Shown in pieces: positions 10,710-21,080 of a stretch of DNA of 64,000 nt (its first letter is position 1; each line of letters starts with the position of its first letter). The stretch comes from an uncultured Nitrospirales bacterium (GTDB lineage Bacteria; Nitrospirota; Nitrospiria; Nitrospirales; UBA8639), in contig CAWDGE010000011.1 in the NCBI GenBank assembly GCA_963801755.1, positions 55,921-119,920 on the forward strand. Direction: 5' to 3'. The translations under genes were made by a program, and so were the position numbers. The notes under the pieces are model-generated. The model saw nothing but the letters and a program-made list of their open reading frames with translations. It did not search any database and was not told the origin of the DNA.

Positions 10710-12068
10710 CTAATTCGGGAAGCAACGGGAAAAAAGCTGAAGCCATTTTACGGAGCCATTAAAGCGAAATTTTCGCCGAAAAAACGCCCACAGGAAATTA
10801 CGCTTTCCGGCCAAAAATCCCAACCAGGTCTGACTATCAGCGATCAAATGAAAGTCGGCTTTCTCGCAATGTTCCTCGACAATGCTTACGGTGTTGTTGC
10901 GGATAAAGACCGTAGCCTTTTCTGGTTCCTCCCCGGTAAACGTGAAATGATAGGTCGCTTGAATGCCCTCGGATGGTCTGGCTTGGAAGACCAACGGTAA
11001 TCCCTCCAAGAAGCCCTTGATTGTTCGAGGTCGTAAGCTCTGGCCGACATGTTTAATGTGTTTGTGGGGGAAACGTTTTGCAACATGGGCCTCGGCGTCC
11101 GATCCGGAGATCACATAAATGGGTTCTTTCTTGGCCTGGAGCGGCCGGACCACGTCCGCCACAAAGGCTTGACGATTTAGAGTAAAAGGATTCCTCACGT
11201 CTTCTCCGGCAGGACAAACGGCCATGCAGTAGGCCGCTTTGTAATTGGCCCCAAATGAAAGACTCTGCCACATTGAAGCTGATTCCGCGTCGCTCACTTT
11301 TTCTCTGTAGGCTTGGGCGGTTCCACTTTCCGCTATTTTCTCAACCCAATCTGTAAAGCCCCCCATGAATTCGCGGTAATTATGGGTATAACAGGCAGAA
11401 AAATTAAATTGACCATCTTGTCTGATTGCACCGACTGGACATGCTGCCACGCAAAGCTTGCATTTCAGACAGGGATTGTAGTCAATGGGAGTGTTCGTGT
11501 TGGTCACCACCGCATCCATTAAAATGGTCCCGAGTAGGATGAAATTCCCAAACGTTGGATGGATGACATTCCGATGGATCCCCATTTGCCCTAACCCGGC
11601 CGCTACGGCAACAGTTTTATGAGAGACCACCCAAATCTTCTCTGGAAAGCGATCCATTTCCATAGGAAATCCCATGGCAGGATTGAGCGCTCGAATTCCG
11701 TATGCCTCAAGTTGCTTCACGATGATTCGAGCGACCGCATTCACCTGGTCTCCCGTGTGATGAAACTCGAGGTTGGCCAGGGAGCGAGCTGGGCTCCTGA
11801 TGGGTTCACGATTCATTCGAACCACAAAACTCAACAAGGTTTTTGTGTGAGGAAAGGCGTTGAGGATATCCGGTCGGTCTTTCTCAAGTTCCGATCGATC
11901 AATTTCAACCATCCCAACATCATCAGCTCCTGCCTCTAGGCACAACTGGCGAAGCCACGCCTGATCAAGTTTCCCACCAACCATGGAAGAAGCGCCAGAT
12001 GTAGTCGGATCGCGAAAGGAAACGGATTGTGTCGTGGTGACCATGGGAAGTGCATTGGATGACATCAT
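10710..12068 (-). CDS. QueG/reductive-dehalogenase-like 4Fe-4S protein with C-terminal SCP2 (sterol carrier) domain
   Basis: GADDVG, SHKTVAVAAGLGQMG, CLKCKLCVAACP, YCMAVCP; C-terminal ATYHFTFTGEE...ADSQTW SCP2-like segment. Confidence 0.78.
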   Translation of the reverse strand: MMSSNALPMVTTTQSVSFRDPTTSGASSMVGGKLDQAWLRQLCLEAGADDVGMVEIDRSELEKDRPDILNAFPHTKTLLSFVVRMNREPIRSPARSLANLEFHHTGDQVNAVARIIVKQLEAYGIRALNPAMGFPMEMDRFPEKIWVVSHKTVAVAAGLGQMGIHRNVIHPTFGNFILLGTILMDAVVTNTNTPIDYNPCLKCKLCVAACPVGAIRQDGQFNFSACYTHNYREFMGGFTDWVEKIAESGTAQAYREKVSDAESASMWQSLSFGANYKAAYCMAVCPAGEDVRNPFTLNRQAFVADVVRPLQAKKEPIYVISGSDAEAHVAKRFPHKHIKHVGQSLRPRTIKGFLEGLPLVFQARPSEGIQATYHFTFTGEEPEKATVFIRNNTVSIVEEHCEKADFHLIADSQTWLGFLAGKRNFLWAFFRRKFRFNGSVKWLQLFSRCFPN

Positions 12069-12084
12069 AGTACCCTCCTTGAAA

Positions 12085-12096
12085 GTGTATATACAC
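12085..12096. promoter_or_regulatory. Putative MarR operator (palindrome gtgtatatacac)
   Basis: Perfect 12-bp palindrome just upstream of the RBS of the Fe-S/SCP2 gene; 11/12 copy at 12588-12599. Confidence 0.6.
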
Positions 12097-12111
12097 CCAA
12101 ATAGCAAAAAA

Positions 12112-12579
12112 TTATCCAGCTTGCGCTTGCGAAACTTTCACCGTGGCGGCCAAATCGTTTAATAACCTCGTCACGCGTCCTTGCCCTAGTTCCTGAGTCA
12201 CTTGGTTTTGAATGGTATTCCACAAGGGCAGTGCGAAGGCCAGGGTCTCCTGGCCAGATGTCGTCAAGGTAACCTCCCGTTCCCGGCGATCAAATTTCCC
12301 AGGGAGAATGCGGACCATACCTTGCTGTTCAAGTGGCTTCAGGTTGCGGGTCAGCGTGGTGCGATCCATAACCAAAGCTTGAGCTAAGTCGGAAATCGTC
12401 ACTGCGCCCATCACTCGTGTGGCAACGAGAAGAGTAAATTGAGTGGCGCGAAGGCCGGTCGGTCGCAAGGCTTCTTCATACAATTGCGTGATGGCTCGGG
12501 CCGTTTTGCGGATGTTGAAACACACACAACCTTGGGCGGGCTCTAAAAATCGTGTCATGTCTTGTTGTGGAGTGGTCAT
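12112..12579 (-). CDS. MarR-family transcriptional regulator
   Basis: CVCFNIRKTARAITQLYE, GLRATQFTLL, MDRTTLTRNLKPL, DRRER. Confidence 0.9.
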   Translation of the reverse strand: MTTPQQDMTRFLEPAQGCVCFNIRKTARAITQLYEEALRPTGLRATQFTLLVATRVMGAVTISDLAQALVMDRTTLTRNLKPLEQQGMVRILPGKFDRREREVTLTTSGQETLAFALPLWNTIQNQVTQELGQGRVTRLLNDLAATVKVSQAQAG

Positions 12580-12587
12580 GATATTAG

Positions 12588-12599
12588 GAGTATATACAC
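12588..12599. promoter_or_regulatory. Putative MarR autoregulatory operator (gagtatatacac)
   Basis: One mismatch from the 12085-12096 palindrome; 9-20 nt upstream of the marR ATG. Confidence 0.55.
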
Positions 12600-12801
12600 C
12601 TATATATTTCGGTGTCAATGGTCTGCCATAGGAAGCAGGGTGCGCCACTTTGTTCTGGAGTGTTTGTGAGATCTATGAGATTCCTGGTCATTCCAGCCAG
12701 TAGGAATTCTCGAACCTCAAAATGTGTACTGATTGAAAATTGCTGGGCAGGTTGATCGGCAGGTCCACACAGGGAGGAAGCGAAAAAACAACAAAGAGAT
12801 A

Positions 12802-13218
12802 TTACTCATCGGGATTCATCCCCAGATAATCACAAATGAAATCCAAGACCAATTCGTCAAAATTGTTGAAAATGGTTTTGACCCCACCGGCCGTCACGAC
12901 GCCTTGTTCCCAGGTAATAGCATGTCCCGTGGAGGAGTTATGAACAAGGGCCACCAGTTGGTGGACTTCAAGGTCTATCCGACAGGCGTAGCGCTTGGGA
13001 CCCAAGGGAAGAGCCGCCATATTGACATATAAATAGGGCTCTCCGGGCAATTTGGCTGCCTCGAGCTCCTTGACGAGGCGAATACCCGCAGTTTGAAGTT
13101 GTGCCTCCACTCGTTTTCGCACTTCACTTCGGTTTAATACGCCTCTCAGTTCTGGCCCTAAGTCCTCTACGACCACATAGATGCCGTGCATCCCCTTTAG
13201 TGATTCTTTCCTCAGCAT
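12802..13218 (-). CDS. Hypothetical protein
   Basis: Clean ORF with GGAGAGG RBS; SLKGMHGIYVVVE...GEPYLYV. Confidence 0.65.
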   Translation of the reverse strand: MLRKESLKGMHGIYVVVEDLGPELRGVLNRSEVRKRVEAQLQTAGIRLVKELEAAKLPGEPYLYVNMAALPLGPKRYACRIDLEVHQLVALVHNSSTGHAITWEQGVVTAGGVKTIFNNFDELVLDFICDYLGMNPDE

Positions 13219-13298
13219 AGAATGATCAACCTCTCCGTCAATTCGTTCAAGCCAATTGCATGTAATATTCTTGCGCTAAGGGATTGTAGACTGATTCC

Positions 13299-13652
13299 CT
13301 AAGGCTTGTCCTCTTTCGCATTCCGTAAATAATCACCAAGGATTCCCCGGCTGTGTTCATCATCGTGGCAGTATACGCAGAGGTTTTCCCAATTCGATCC
13401 GTCCGGGGGATTGTTATGGTGATTGCCGTCTTTGTGGTGCACGGTAAGCAGGTGTCTGGTCTTGAGGTCGAATTCTCTGGCGCATTTGGCACAAATGACC
13501 CCGTGAATTTTTAGTGACTGTTCCCGATAGGAGCTGTTGCTCGAGGGTGAAGGCTTGGGTCGCAGTCCTTTGAGGAGTTCGTCAATGGGTTTGTCGACAG
13601 TGGGTTTTTGAAGTCGTCGCAGTTTGTGCCGACCGCGGTATGCATTTCCCAT
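13299..13652 (-). CDS. YajD-family HNH nuclease
   Basis: YREQSLKI...CAKCAREF...LTVHHKDGNHHNNPPDGSNWENLCVYCHDDEH. Confidence 0.88.
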   Translation of the reverse strand: MGNAYRGRHKLRRLQKPTVDKPIDELLKGLRPKPSPSSNSSYREQSLKIHGVICAKCAREFDLKTRHLLTVHHKDGNHHNNPPDGSNWENLCVYCHDDEHSRGILGDYLRNAKEDKP

Positions 13653-13975
13653 GATGTGGGTCCTTTCACGTGATGGCGTGTAGTGGTCTGTCGCCAGCGC
13701 TGAATAGCCACGTGCCTTCAATCTCAGGATTCTCAAAGTTTTCCTGGTCTTTGTCAATGCGATTTGGAAGGACACCGCCTTGAGTGTGCCTGATGTGTTG
13801 TCAACCGTCCGATGCGGCCTTCGACATTTGTGTTGGGAGGAGTGTGTGGAGTGAGGCCTGCGAGCCCTGTGGGGTTGGTGCTATGATTATGATGAGTTCT
13901 GCGGATAGGGTTAGTCTAATCATTCCATTTACAGGCACCCGCTTTGAGACGGGTGCTCCCCACCAGGAGGGTGCC

Positions 13976-14368
13976 ATGTTTGGTCCTATTACTCTTCCAT
14001 TTGGTGCGAAAATGTTGTTCAACACCGTCAAGCTGAAGCCTGGCATTACCTTCGATCAGGTTGAGCTGGCTGTTGGAGAAATGTGCATGGTCGTTAAGGA
14101 AACGTATGGCGGAGACAAAGGGGGCTTCATCGCCGGGCAGGTATTCAAATTTTCAGGTTTCGTTTCTGACGAAGGGTCCCTTAGTGAATCAAATGCCACA
14201 GATGACCATTACGCGATTGTGACCTATTGGAGTTCCTTTGAGGATCACGAAAAGTCTCATGCCGATGAACTGTTCAATAAGACATTCGCCGCTTTGGCTA
14301 CGATGTGTTCTGAGACGAAAGAACTCGGCTACGATATGCTATGGCAAGGCGCGGCGAAGACTGCATAA
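13976..14368 (+). CDS. Conserved hypothetical protein (dimeric alpha/beta-barrel, ABM-like)
   Basis: AGGAGG RBS before ATG 13976; YAIVTYWSSFEDHEKSH resembles ABM-barrel WxS motif. Confidence 0.6.
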   Translation: MFGPITLPFGAKMLFNTVKLKPGITFDQVELAVGEMCMVVKETYGGDKGGFIAGQVFKFSGFVSDEGSLSESNATDDHYAIVTYWSSFEDHEKSHADELFNKTFAALATMCSETKELGYDMLWQGAAKTA

Positions 14369-14490
14369 GCTTTTCAACGGAGGGTGAGCTCCGTCATCTA
14401 TCTGGCCAGGAGCCGGTCAGCCCGGTCGCTGAGGAGATGGGTTCTCTCCTATATTAGACGGTGAATCGCGATATCGAATCCTATCCTGAT

Positions 14491-14979
14491 TCAGGCATTC
14501 CCACAGCATTTTTTATACTTTTTCCCGCTACCGCAGGAGCACGGATCGTTACGTCCAATCTTGGCCTCGGTACGAACGACGGTTCGAACTCCAGCACTTT
14601 TGCCGTCGGAAAAATACCAGGTCCCCTCATGTTTTCGAAACTCGGCTAGTTCATGATGGATTTGGGGGCCTTCTTCGGTTTCAAAGGTGGCCTTGAATTC
14701 GACGAGGCCCGCTTCGTCGTCCATTCCCCCCTGTTTCGTCGCAAGAATTTCCAACCCTGTCCACTTGGTGGTTTCCGCCCACTTGCGATTGGCCTCAAGG
14801 TCGATGTCCTGTTTGGTTTTGGGATCATGGGTCTTTTCGATAAAATCCATCTGAACTTGTGTATAGGCAGAATATCTGGCCCGCATGAGTTGCTCGGCAG
14901 TCTCTGCCTGTTTCACTCCGGTGATGACGGGCTCACAGCATAGCTTAAAGGTCTTTCCACTCTGACACGGACACTGCAT
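14491..14979 (-). CDS. ychJ: YchJ-family protein with SEC-C motif
   Basis: CPCQSG...[21 protein letters not shown]-terminal [19 protein letters not shown]. Confidence 0.9.
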   Translation of the reverse strand: MQCPCQSGKTFKLCCEPVITGVKQAETAEQLMRARYSAYTQVQMDFIEKTHDPKTKQDIDLEANRKWAETTKWTGLEILATKQGGMDDEAGLVEFKATFETEEGPQIHHELAEFRKHEGTWYFSDGKSAGVRTVVRTEAKIGRNDPCSCGSGKKYKKCCGNA

Positions 14980-15698
14980 ATGCGACTCCTTTTCTAAGGG
15001 CATCCCAATGATGATTGACTCTTGTACGTCGAGAGTAGCAGAAAAGTCAAAAGGCATGGCATCTAAATTTTCTCGTAAAGGATTGGAGAGTCCGGTCAGC
15101 TGTCTTCCCGCTTCCTGTCTCTACTCGTACCTCCCCTGAATAGCTGGTCCATCCATATAGTTAAAGCCATGCTCGATGGACTTTTATGAATACCGCGCAC
15201 CCGCTGGCGCGCAATGCATAATTTCATTGGATAACAGCTCAATAGCCCTTGGTTGTTGCAAGTACATCATTTCTTCTTTTTAATAGATTGTAGGATTGTT
15301 GTTGGGCGGGAAGCCTGATTCGCCTCACTGGGGAATGGATGAATGTGTGGAAGTTATTCGTCAGTTGAGTTAGGCTTTTTCCAAATCCTAATGGGCATGG
15401 CTATGGATAGAAGCCATGAGTGAAAATCCTGGAATGGTATGGGAATTTGAAACGGTTTTAGGCCTTTTGTCTCAGAATCTGGCGTTGCCCACCAGAAGAG
15501 AAATTCTTGAAACACCTCCTTCTCTATTGTTGGCTCACTGTTTGCGAATCATTGACTAGATATTTCTTTCATTTTGGCAGCTCATCCGTCTATGACATTT
15601 CGGCGGCAGATCTGTTGAAATGAAAATCACTCCGAATTTTACGGATAGGATTATTAAATTTAATATCTTGCAGGAATAAAAGGAGCAGAACCCCTATC

Positions 15699-16172
15699 GT
15701 GCAACATTCCCGAAAATTTGAACTCGCCAAATACCTGGCGGAAATATTAGACAGTCGCTTTACGATTCCCGGAACCTCAATCCGGATCGGGTTAGATCCG
15801 ATCCTTGGGCTGATTCCGGGTGTGGGTGATGCCCTCGCAGGTTTGGCTGGATCAGTTATCCTTGTCGTGGCGGCCCAATCCCACCTTCCCAAAATTGTCC
15901 TCATCCGCATGAGTCTCAATATCGCGATTAACGGCGTGATCGGTGCCATTCCCATTCTCGGCGATCTGTTCTCTGTCTGGTTTAAAAGTAATGTGAGAAA
16001 TCTTGAGTTGTTGGAGCGATATGCTGTAGGGGATCGCCCAAGTTCAACGGCAGGGGATTGGGTTTTCGTGGTGGGCCTATTGTTAGGCGTCGCGTTGGTG
16101 ATCGCAGGAACAGTGGTAGGAATCTTCTGGCTTCTTATGCGTATCTGGGAACGCTTACAGGGAACGCAATGA
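15699..16172 (+). CDS. DUF4112 membrane protein
   Basis: LDSRFTIPGTSIRIGLDPILGLIPGVGD, GAIPILGDLF...KSNVRN. Confidence 0.88.
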   Translation: MQHSRKFELAKYLAEILDSRFTIPGTSIRIGLDPILGLIPGVGDALAGLAGSVILVVAAQSHLPKIVLIRMSLNIAINGVIGAIPILGDLFSVWFKSNVRNLELLERYAVGDRPSSTAGDWVFVVGLLLGVALVIAGTVVGIFWLLMRIWERLQGTQ

Positions 16173-16336
16173 GAGAGTTTCCTGTTTTCGTGAAGATGCG
16201 CCAATCGTGGCTTTTATAGAGTTCTGTAGAGACAATGAATTGTGCACCCAGAAATTTGTCTTCATAAGGATCCCTCCATTTTTTGTTCCGGTCTTAATTC
16301 CTTCCTATTTTTTTTCCTTGACGAGGTTCCTGAGAT

Positions 16337-16445
16337 AGTAGTCGAGGTGTTGGCAAATAATTGTCGATCCCGTTGGCTCAGCGTTGACGGTCCACCGGTC
16401 TCGACACCGCTGGCCCGGAGTGTATCCATGAAATCTCTCATCGTT
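16337..16445 (-). pseudogene. Diverged duplicate of the 3' end of yaiI
   Basis: Reads [30 protein letters not shown] versus [30 protein letters not shown] at ~20534-20645; same orientation. Confidence 0.9.
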
Positions 16446-16536
16446 AGCATACCGGTAGGGAACCTGAACTTTTAACTTTTGACATGTTCCCTTTCTAATA
16501 CCATTCTAGAAATCTTTCATGCTTTCTCAGAAATGT

Positions 16537-16572
16537 TATCTAATCAGATACACCCTCGTATCTGATTAGATA
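16537..16572. repeat. Perfect 15-bp inverted repeat (tatctaatcagatac-accctc-gtatctgattagata)
   Basis: Direct reading; about 90 bp inside the island junction. Confidence 0.85.
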
Positions 16573-16856
16573 CAAAGTCACGTTTGCACGCTGCATATTA
16601 AATAAGCCTTCACCATAATGCATTTGCATTTCTTAGGAAATTCCTGCCTAAAAAAGCCAACCCAGATTCAATGCCTTGGTCTCACCTTTGCAGCTTTTTC
16701 AATAAGTGTCCAATCCGTAATAGCTAAAGGAACAATGCAGAAATTTGAATGCGATTGGGGCGAAATACATAAGTCTGAGGGGTGGGAAGAACACGTGATG
16801 CATAATGAGATCGAAAGAAACCCAGAGCCTCCCATTCAGAGACTACGAAGGAGACT

Positions 16857-18462
16857 ATGAATCCATTGAAAATCCTAAGGGCGAGACGATGGTCAGTGAA
16901 TCCATATGGCATTCAGCGATTGCAATTTCTTCTAATATTTCTATCCGTCATGCTGACAAGTTGTGCGTTGAATGTGGCAGGGGCCGCTCGTCTTCCTAAT
17001 CACGTAGTCATGTTAGGCGAAAAAGGGGGGTTAATCGATATAGGCAAGCATGACAAGTGCCAACCTGAATCGAGGAACTGCAATTTCTCCTATTCTGAGT
17101 TGAACGATGATGACGGCAAGGAAAGAATTGTCCACAAAATAGAAGAATTCATCTCTTTTGAGGATAACAAAAGTTTTTGTGAAAACGCCGGATATGAACC
17201 AGGGAAACACAAAGACTACCCTTCAGCTACTGAATCTGAAATATTAATTTTTGTCCATGGAGGCCTGAATACCCAAAGTGGAAGTCTCGACCGAGCAGCG
17301 AGTCTCTTCCCTAAGATTCTGTGTGAAGGGGGGTACTACCCTGTTTTCATTAACTGGAAATCCTCACTTTGGTCCAGTTATGGAGAACACTTAGTCAATA
17401 TCAGACAGGGAACCAGGTACGACTTTCTCCATTGGGAGACGTTACTAACCCCCACTGTCTTCGTCATAGATATTGCCCGGAGTCTTGCCAGAGCACCGCT
17501 AGCTTGGGCTGGGTTATTTAGCAATGATTTCCAAGGTAGCGTATTCCATAGTGCAAACACTGAACATCAAATGTTGAGAGATCTCCTAGCAGAGAGTCAG
17601 AGCGATCCAGACAACAATATAAAAGTTTCGTCCCTGGATCAAAACCCTGATTATTCAGGGTGGAAGACTTTATGGTCCTCTTTTACTTACTTCCTCACTC
17701 TACCAACAAAGTTGGTTTCGGTGCCGTTCATCGACGCGTTCGGAACGAGTGCATGGTCCAATATGCAGCGAAGAGCGCAGATGCCAGTCTTGCATACTCA
17801 GGAGGAATCGGAGTTTAAGTCAAAGGTAAGAAAAAATGGAGTCGGAGAAGATAATTGATGTCTGCCACTCTTGAGGATTTGACATACCTTGACGCGCAGG
17901 GTGGACTGTCCCTCTTTTGAATGAACTCATCGAGAAACTTAGCATTGAACCGAAAAAATTCAAGATTACGTTGGTGGCTCACAGCGCTGGAACGATCGTT
18001 CTGAACCAACTAATTAGAGAATTTGGAGGGAAGATCAAAAAGACTCCTAATGTCTCTGTTTCAAAGATAGTTTATTTGGCAGCCGCATCATCTATTCAGG
18101 ACTATCGAGGCAGCCTTTGGCCCTATCTCAAGATGGATGGGCACACTAAGTTCTATAATTTAATGCTACATAACAAAGCGGAGGCACAAGACAGCACCGT
18201 TGTCCCATTTCCTTTATTGAAGGAATTTGAATGGGATCCAGGGCCTCGTGGATCCCTACTAGTTTGGGTTGATGCTTTTCTGTCGAATCCTTTGACGGCA
18301 GAGGATCGTACACTAGGAACGTTCACAAATCTCATGAAAACCGTGCAAGAGACACCACGTGATATTCGGGGACAAATCTATCTTAAAGTATTCAACGTTG
18401 GTGGAGACTATGATCCCGAGCATCACGCTGGCTTTGGGGATAAAATTTCGATTCTGGGATGA
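16857..18462 (+). CDS. Putative lipoprotein alpha/beta-hydrolase-like protein, interrupted by frameshifts (~17835, ~17915)
   Basis: LTSC lipobox-like; ILIFVHGGLN; ITLVAHSAG nucleophile elbow in ORF 17917..18462; breaks lie at or near A/T homopolymers. Confidence 0.6.
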
Positions 18463-18836
18463 CGAGTGTTTGGATCCTATACGTCCAAATGAAAGAAGGT
18501 GTTGGACTGAAAGGCCATAACCACAAACCAGAAGAGGGAAATTATGGAAAAGTCCTACGTCCGTATCTGCACCTGTACCGCAAGACATTTGGAGTGTGAT
18601 CGTGGCATTGATAAATGGTGGACTATAACAAGGGAAAAGCATTCAAGAAAGCAAAGGATTACAACCCAATTCTTTCGAATCTACCACGACGTTTAAAGGT
18701 ATTGTATTGGTGTTCGGCCAACAAATAAGGTTTAACGTAGCGGGGAAGGAATCAGAAACCAACGAAATGGAGGATTAGTGCGGCACATTTTCTAACCCTG
18801 CTTTTTGGGGACTTGCCAGTTTCACAAGGAGGGAAA

Positions 18837-20078
18837 ATGCAAAGGAAGTCATTAATAAAAATTAAGAATAGATTCAAACTAATCTTGGTGTTGATCTTTT
18901 TGATTTCCTCTTCTAACGCTTTTGCTGAAGCTTGCGGGCAGGGTGCTGATGACTCCGATCCACCCAAGATAATTACAAGTGAAACAATCAACGTTACAGA
19001 GGGAACTCCGGAATCATTACGTCTAGAGGTGACAGGTGGAAAAAAAGGTTGTACATGGGAAGTCATTGGAAATGAAGCCACATTAAAAACTTTCGGATTC
19101 CAGCTAAGCCCGGCAGGTGTTCTTGAAGGTACATGGAACGAAACGAACCCCAGCACTACCATGGGATTCATCGTAGAGGTGAAGGATGCTGATGAGCGAA
19201 CGGATACTAAATCCTTTACCTTAGTTAGCCATCCGCTTAGAATCCTAGGTGGGGTTTTCAATATAGTCAAAGGGGAATGGTTTAATGAAAAGATCCGTGC
19301 AGAGGGGGGATCTGGGAGATATCGTTGGGAACTAGAAGATGACCCAGCCACCCCACTTTCTAAGACCGGTCTAGACGTTCAAGGGGATAGAGTTGTTGGA
19401 AAAATTCCAACTACTATTTCCGTCGATAAATTCTCCTTCACCGTTAAAGTAGAGGATGTTCAGAGCAAAAAGGTAGTCAGGAAAACGTTTTTGGTTAACA
19501 TTCTTTCCAATATTGTCGATAAATGTCTGGCAACATTTCATGAGTATGACATTGGAAAAACCATGCTTTCTGATGGAGGTTTAATTGACAAACATTGGGG
19601 GGTTTCAGCAAATGCAACTGCCCAACTCATACGTTACAACTTAACTAAAGGCCGAGCATCGTTAAGCGCTCCAGGATTGGGTTTAGGGATTTCATTTCGA
19701 TATTACGGGAATTCGGATATGAGGGCTATGCCGAAACCCAACCCTGATGGAACCTATGAGAGTTTGGATTATTCCAAGGGTGAGGAAGAAATCAATAAAC
19801 ATAGGGAATTAAGACGGATTAAACAGAACAATGAGTGTATAGCCAATAGTTGGAATGATAATATTAATCAAAAGGCTGCTGTTCATAGTTTTTCTTTAAA
19901 CCCTACTCTGTTTGTTGCAAAAGAAGAAGACGAATCGAAATTAGCGTTACAGCCCGCCTTTTTAGTTGGGTTTTTTCGGGAATTGCTAACAGTGGGAGTT
20001 GGAGTCAATTTGACAGGGAGAGACCGAGGGGATGCATTTCTAGTCTTAGGAATTGGAAGCAATTTTAATTTCGACTGA
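18837..20078 (+). CDS. Secreted protein with Ig-like repeats
   Basis: Signal peptide; two Ig/cadherin-like units (VTGGKKGCTW, AEGGSGRYRW, FTVKVED); AT-rich island gene. Confidence 0.6.
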   Translation: MQRKSLIKIKNRFKLILVLIFLISSSNAFAEACGQGADDSDPPKIITSETINVTEGTPESLRLEVTGGKKGCTWEVIGNEATLKTFGFQLSPAGVLEGTWNETNPSTTMGFIVEVKDADERTDTKSFTLVSHPLRILGGVFNIVKGEWFNEKIRAEGGSGRYRWELEDDPATPLSKTGLDVQGDRVVGKIPTTISVDKFSFTVKVEDVQSKKVVRKTFLVNILSNIVDKCLATFHEYDIGKTMLSDGGLIDKHWGVSANATAQLIRYNLTKGRASLSAPGLGLGISFRYYGNSDMRAMPKPNPDGTYESLDYSKGEEEINKHRELRRIKQNNECIANSWNDNINQKAAVHSFSLNPTLFVAKEEDESKLALQPAFLVGFFRELLTVGVGVNLTGRDRGDAFLVLGIGSNFNFD

Positions 20079-20117
20079 TTTTTGAAAATTTTAATTTTCT
20101 TTCATTTGTCCACCGTT

Positions 20118-20156
20118 CCTGCAAGCTTTAGGATACTAAAGCTTGCAGGTTTTTTT
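20118..20156 (+). terminator. Rho-independent terminator
   Basis: cctgcaagctttag-gata-ctaaagcttgcagg 14-bp stem followed by T7, 40 nt after stop 20078. Confidence 0.85.
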
Positions 20157-20503
20157 CTCTACACATCATTACCTGGAAGATTTCGCAGACAACCATCGAA
20201 AATTCGTCGGGTTATGTCTGGGGATGGTATTGTGAACTTAAGCCAGACTTTGCTAACTGGAGGTATGGAGCGAACAGAATAACCCCTGAATAATCAAGTG
20301 AAAAGGTGTGCAAAGGGTGGGGTTTCGTTAAGTTGACAATACCATGCCCCAGGCATGTTCTATTCTACGGTCATCTCTGAAGGTAATTGGACCGACAGGC
20401 CCCGCCCTTAACGCAGGGGAAGATTAAGCAGCCTTGAAAGATTTTTCAAGGCATGGCCGACATCCAACTTGCTGTAAGGCTAAATTGTGGCCTTTATTTC
20501 TTC

Positions 20504-20962
20504 TCATTCTTGTCTCTTAACGAGGGTCGTTAAATAGTAATCGAGGTGTTTGGCAAATAATTGCCGGTCCCGTTGGCTCAGCGCCGACGGCCCACCCGTA
20601 TCGACTCCGCTGGCTCGAAGGGTATCCATGAAATCTCTCATCATGAGACGGGCTTGAATCGTGTCGGGTGAATGCATCTCTCCGCGCGGATCAAGGGCAT
20701 GACCACCCTTCGCAATCACCTCGGCGGCAAGGGGAATGTCGGCGGTGATCACCAGGTCGCCGGCCTCGAGTCTTTTCACGATTTCGGAATCCGCTACATC
20801 AAATCCATCGGCGACTTGGATGGCCGAAATATAGGGAGACTGTGGGGTATACAAGAGGCGATTGGCGACAAGTGTCACCTGCACCGCTGTCCGGTCTGCG
20901 GCGCGAAATAATATTTCTTTAATCACCTTGGGGCAGGCATCGGCATCAACCCAAATTGGCAT
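20504..20962 (-). CDS. yaiI: YaiI/YqxD (UPF0178) family protein
   Basis: [33 protein letters not shown]. Confidence 0.92.
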   Translation of the reverse strand: MPIWVDADACPKVIKEILFRAADRTAVQVTLVANRLLYTPQSPYISAIQVADGFDVADSEIVKRLEAGDLVITADIPLAAEVIAKGGHALDPRGEMHSPDTIQARLMMRDFMDTLRASGVDTGGPSALSQRDRQLFAKHLDYYLTTLVKRQE

Positions 20963-21080
20963 GGTCGACCTTTATGGTTTAGAAGTGCGAAAGAAACGCA
21001 TTTTTGGATTATTTAAATGTTTGTGTGGATTGTGAGTAAAGGAGGAGTGTTCTTGTTTTATAAAAAACGGAGGTGCTTGT

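Noticed and set aside
10710-12068. Calling the Fe-S protein queG
   Set aside because: Lacks the second complete QueG cysteine cluster pattern and carries an SCP2 fusion; family-level similarity only
13299-13652. HNH gene as a homing endonuclease or IscB-like mobile element
   Set aside because: Short YajD-type protein with no RuvC motifs and no adjacent structured RNA or element ends
15590-16204. 204-aa minus-strand ORF
   Set aside because: Shadow of the DUF4112 gene on the plus strand
16262-16450. 62-aa ORF as an independent gene
   Set aside because: It is the degenerate 3' fragment of yaiI
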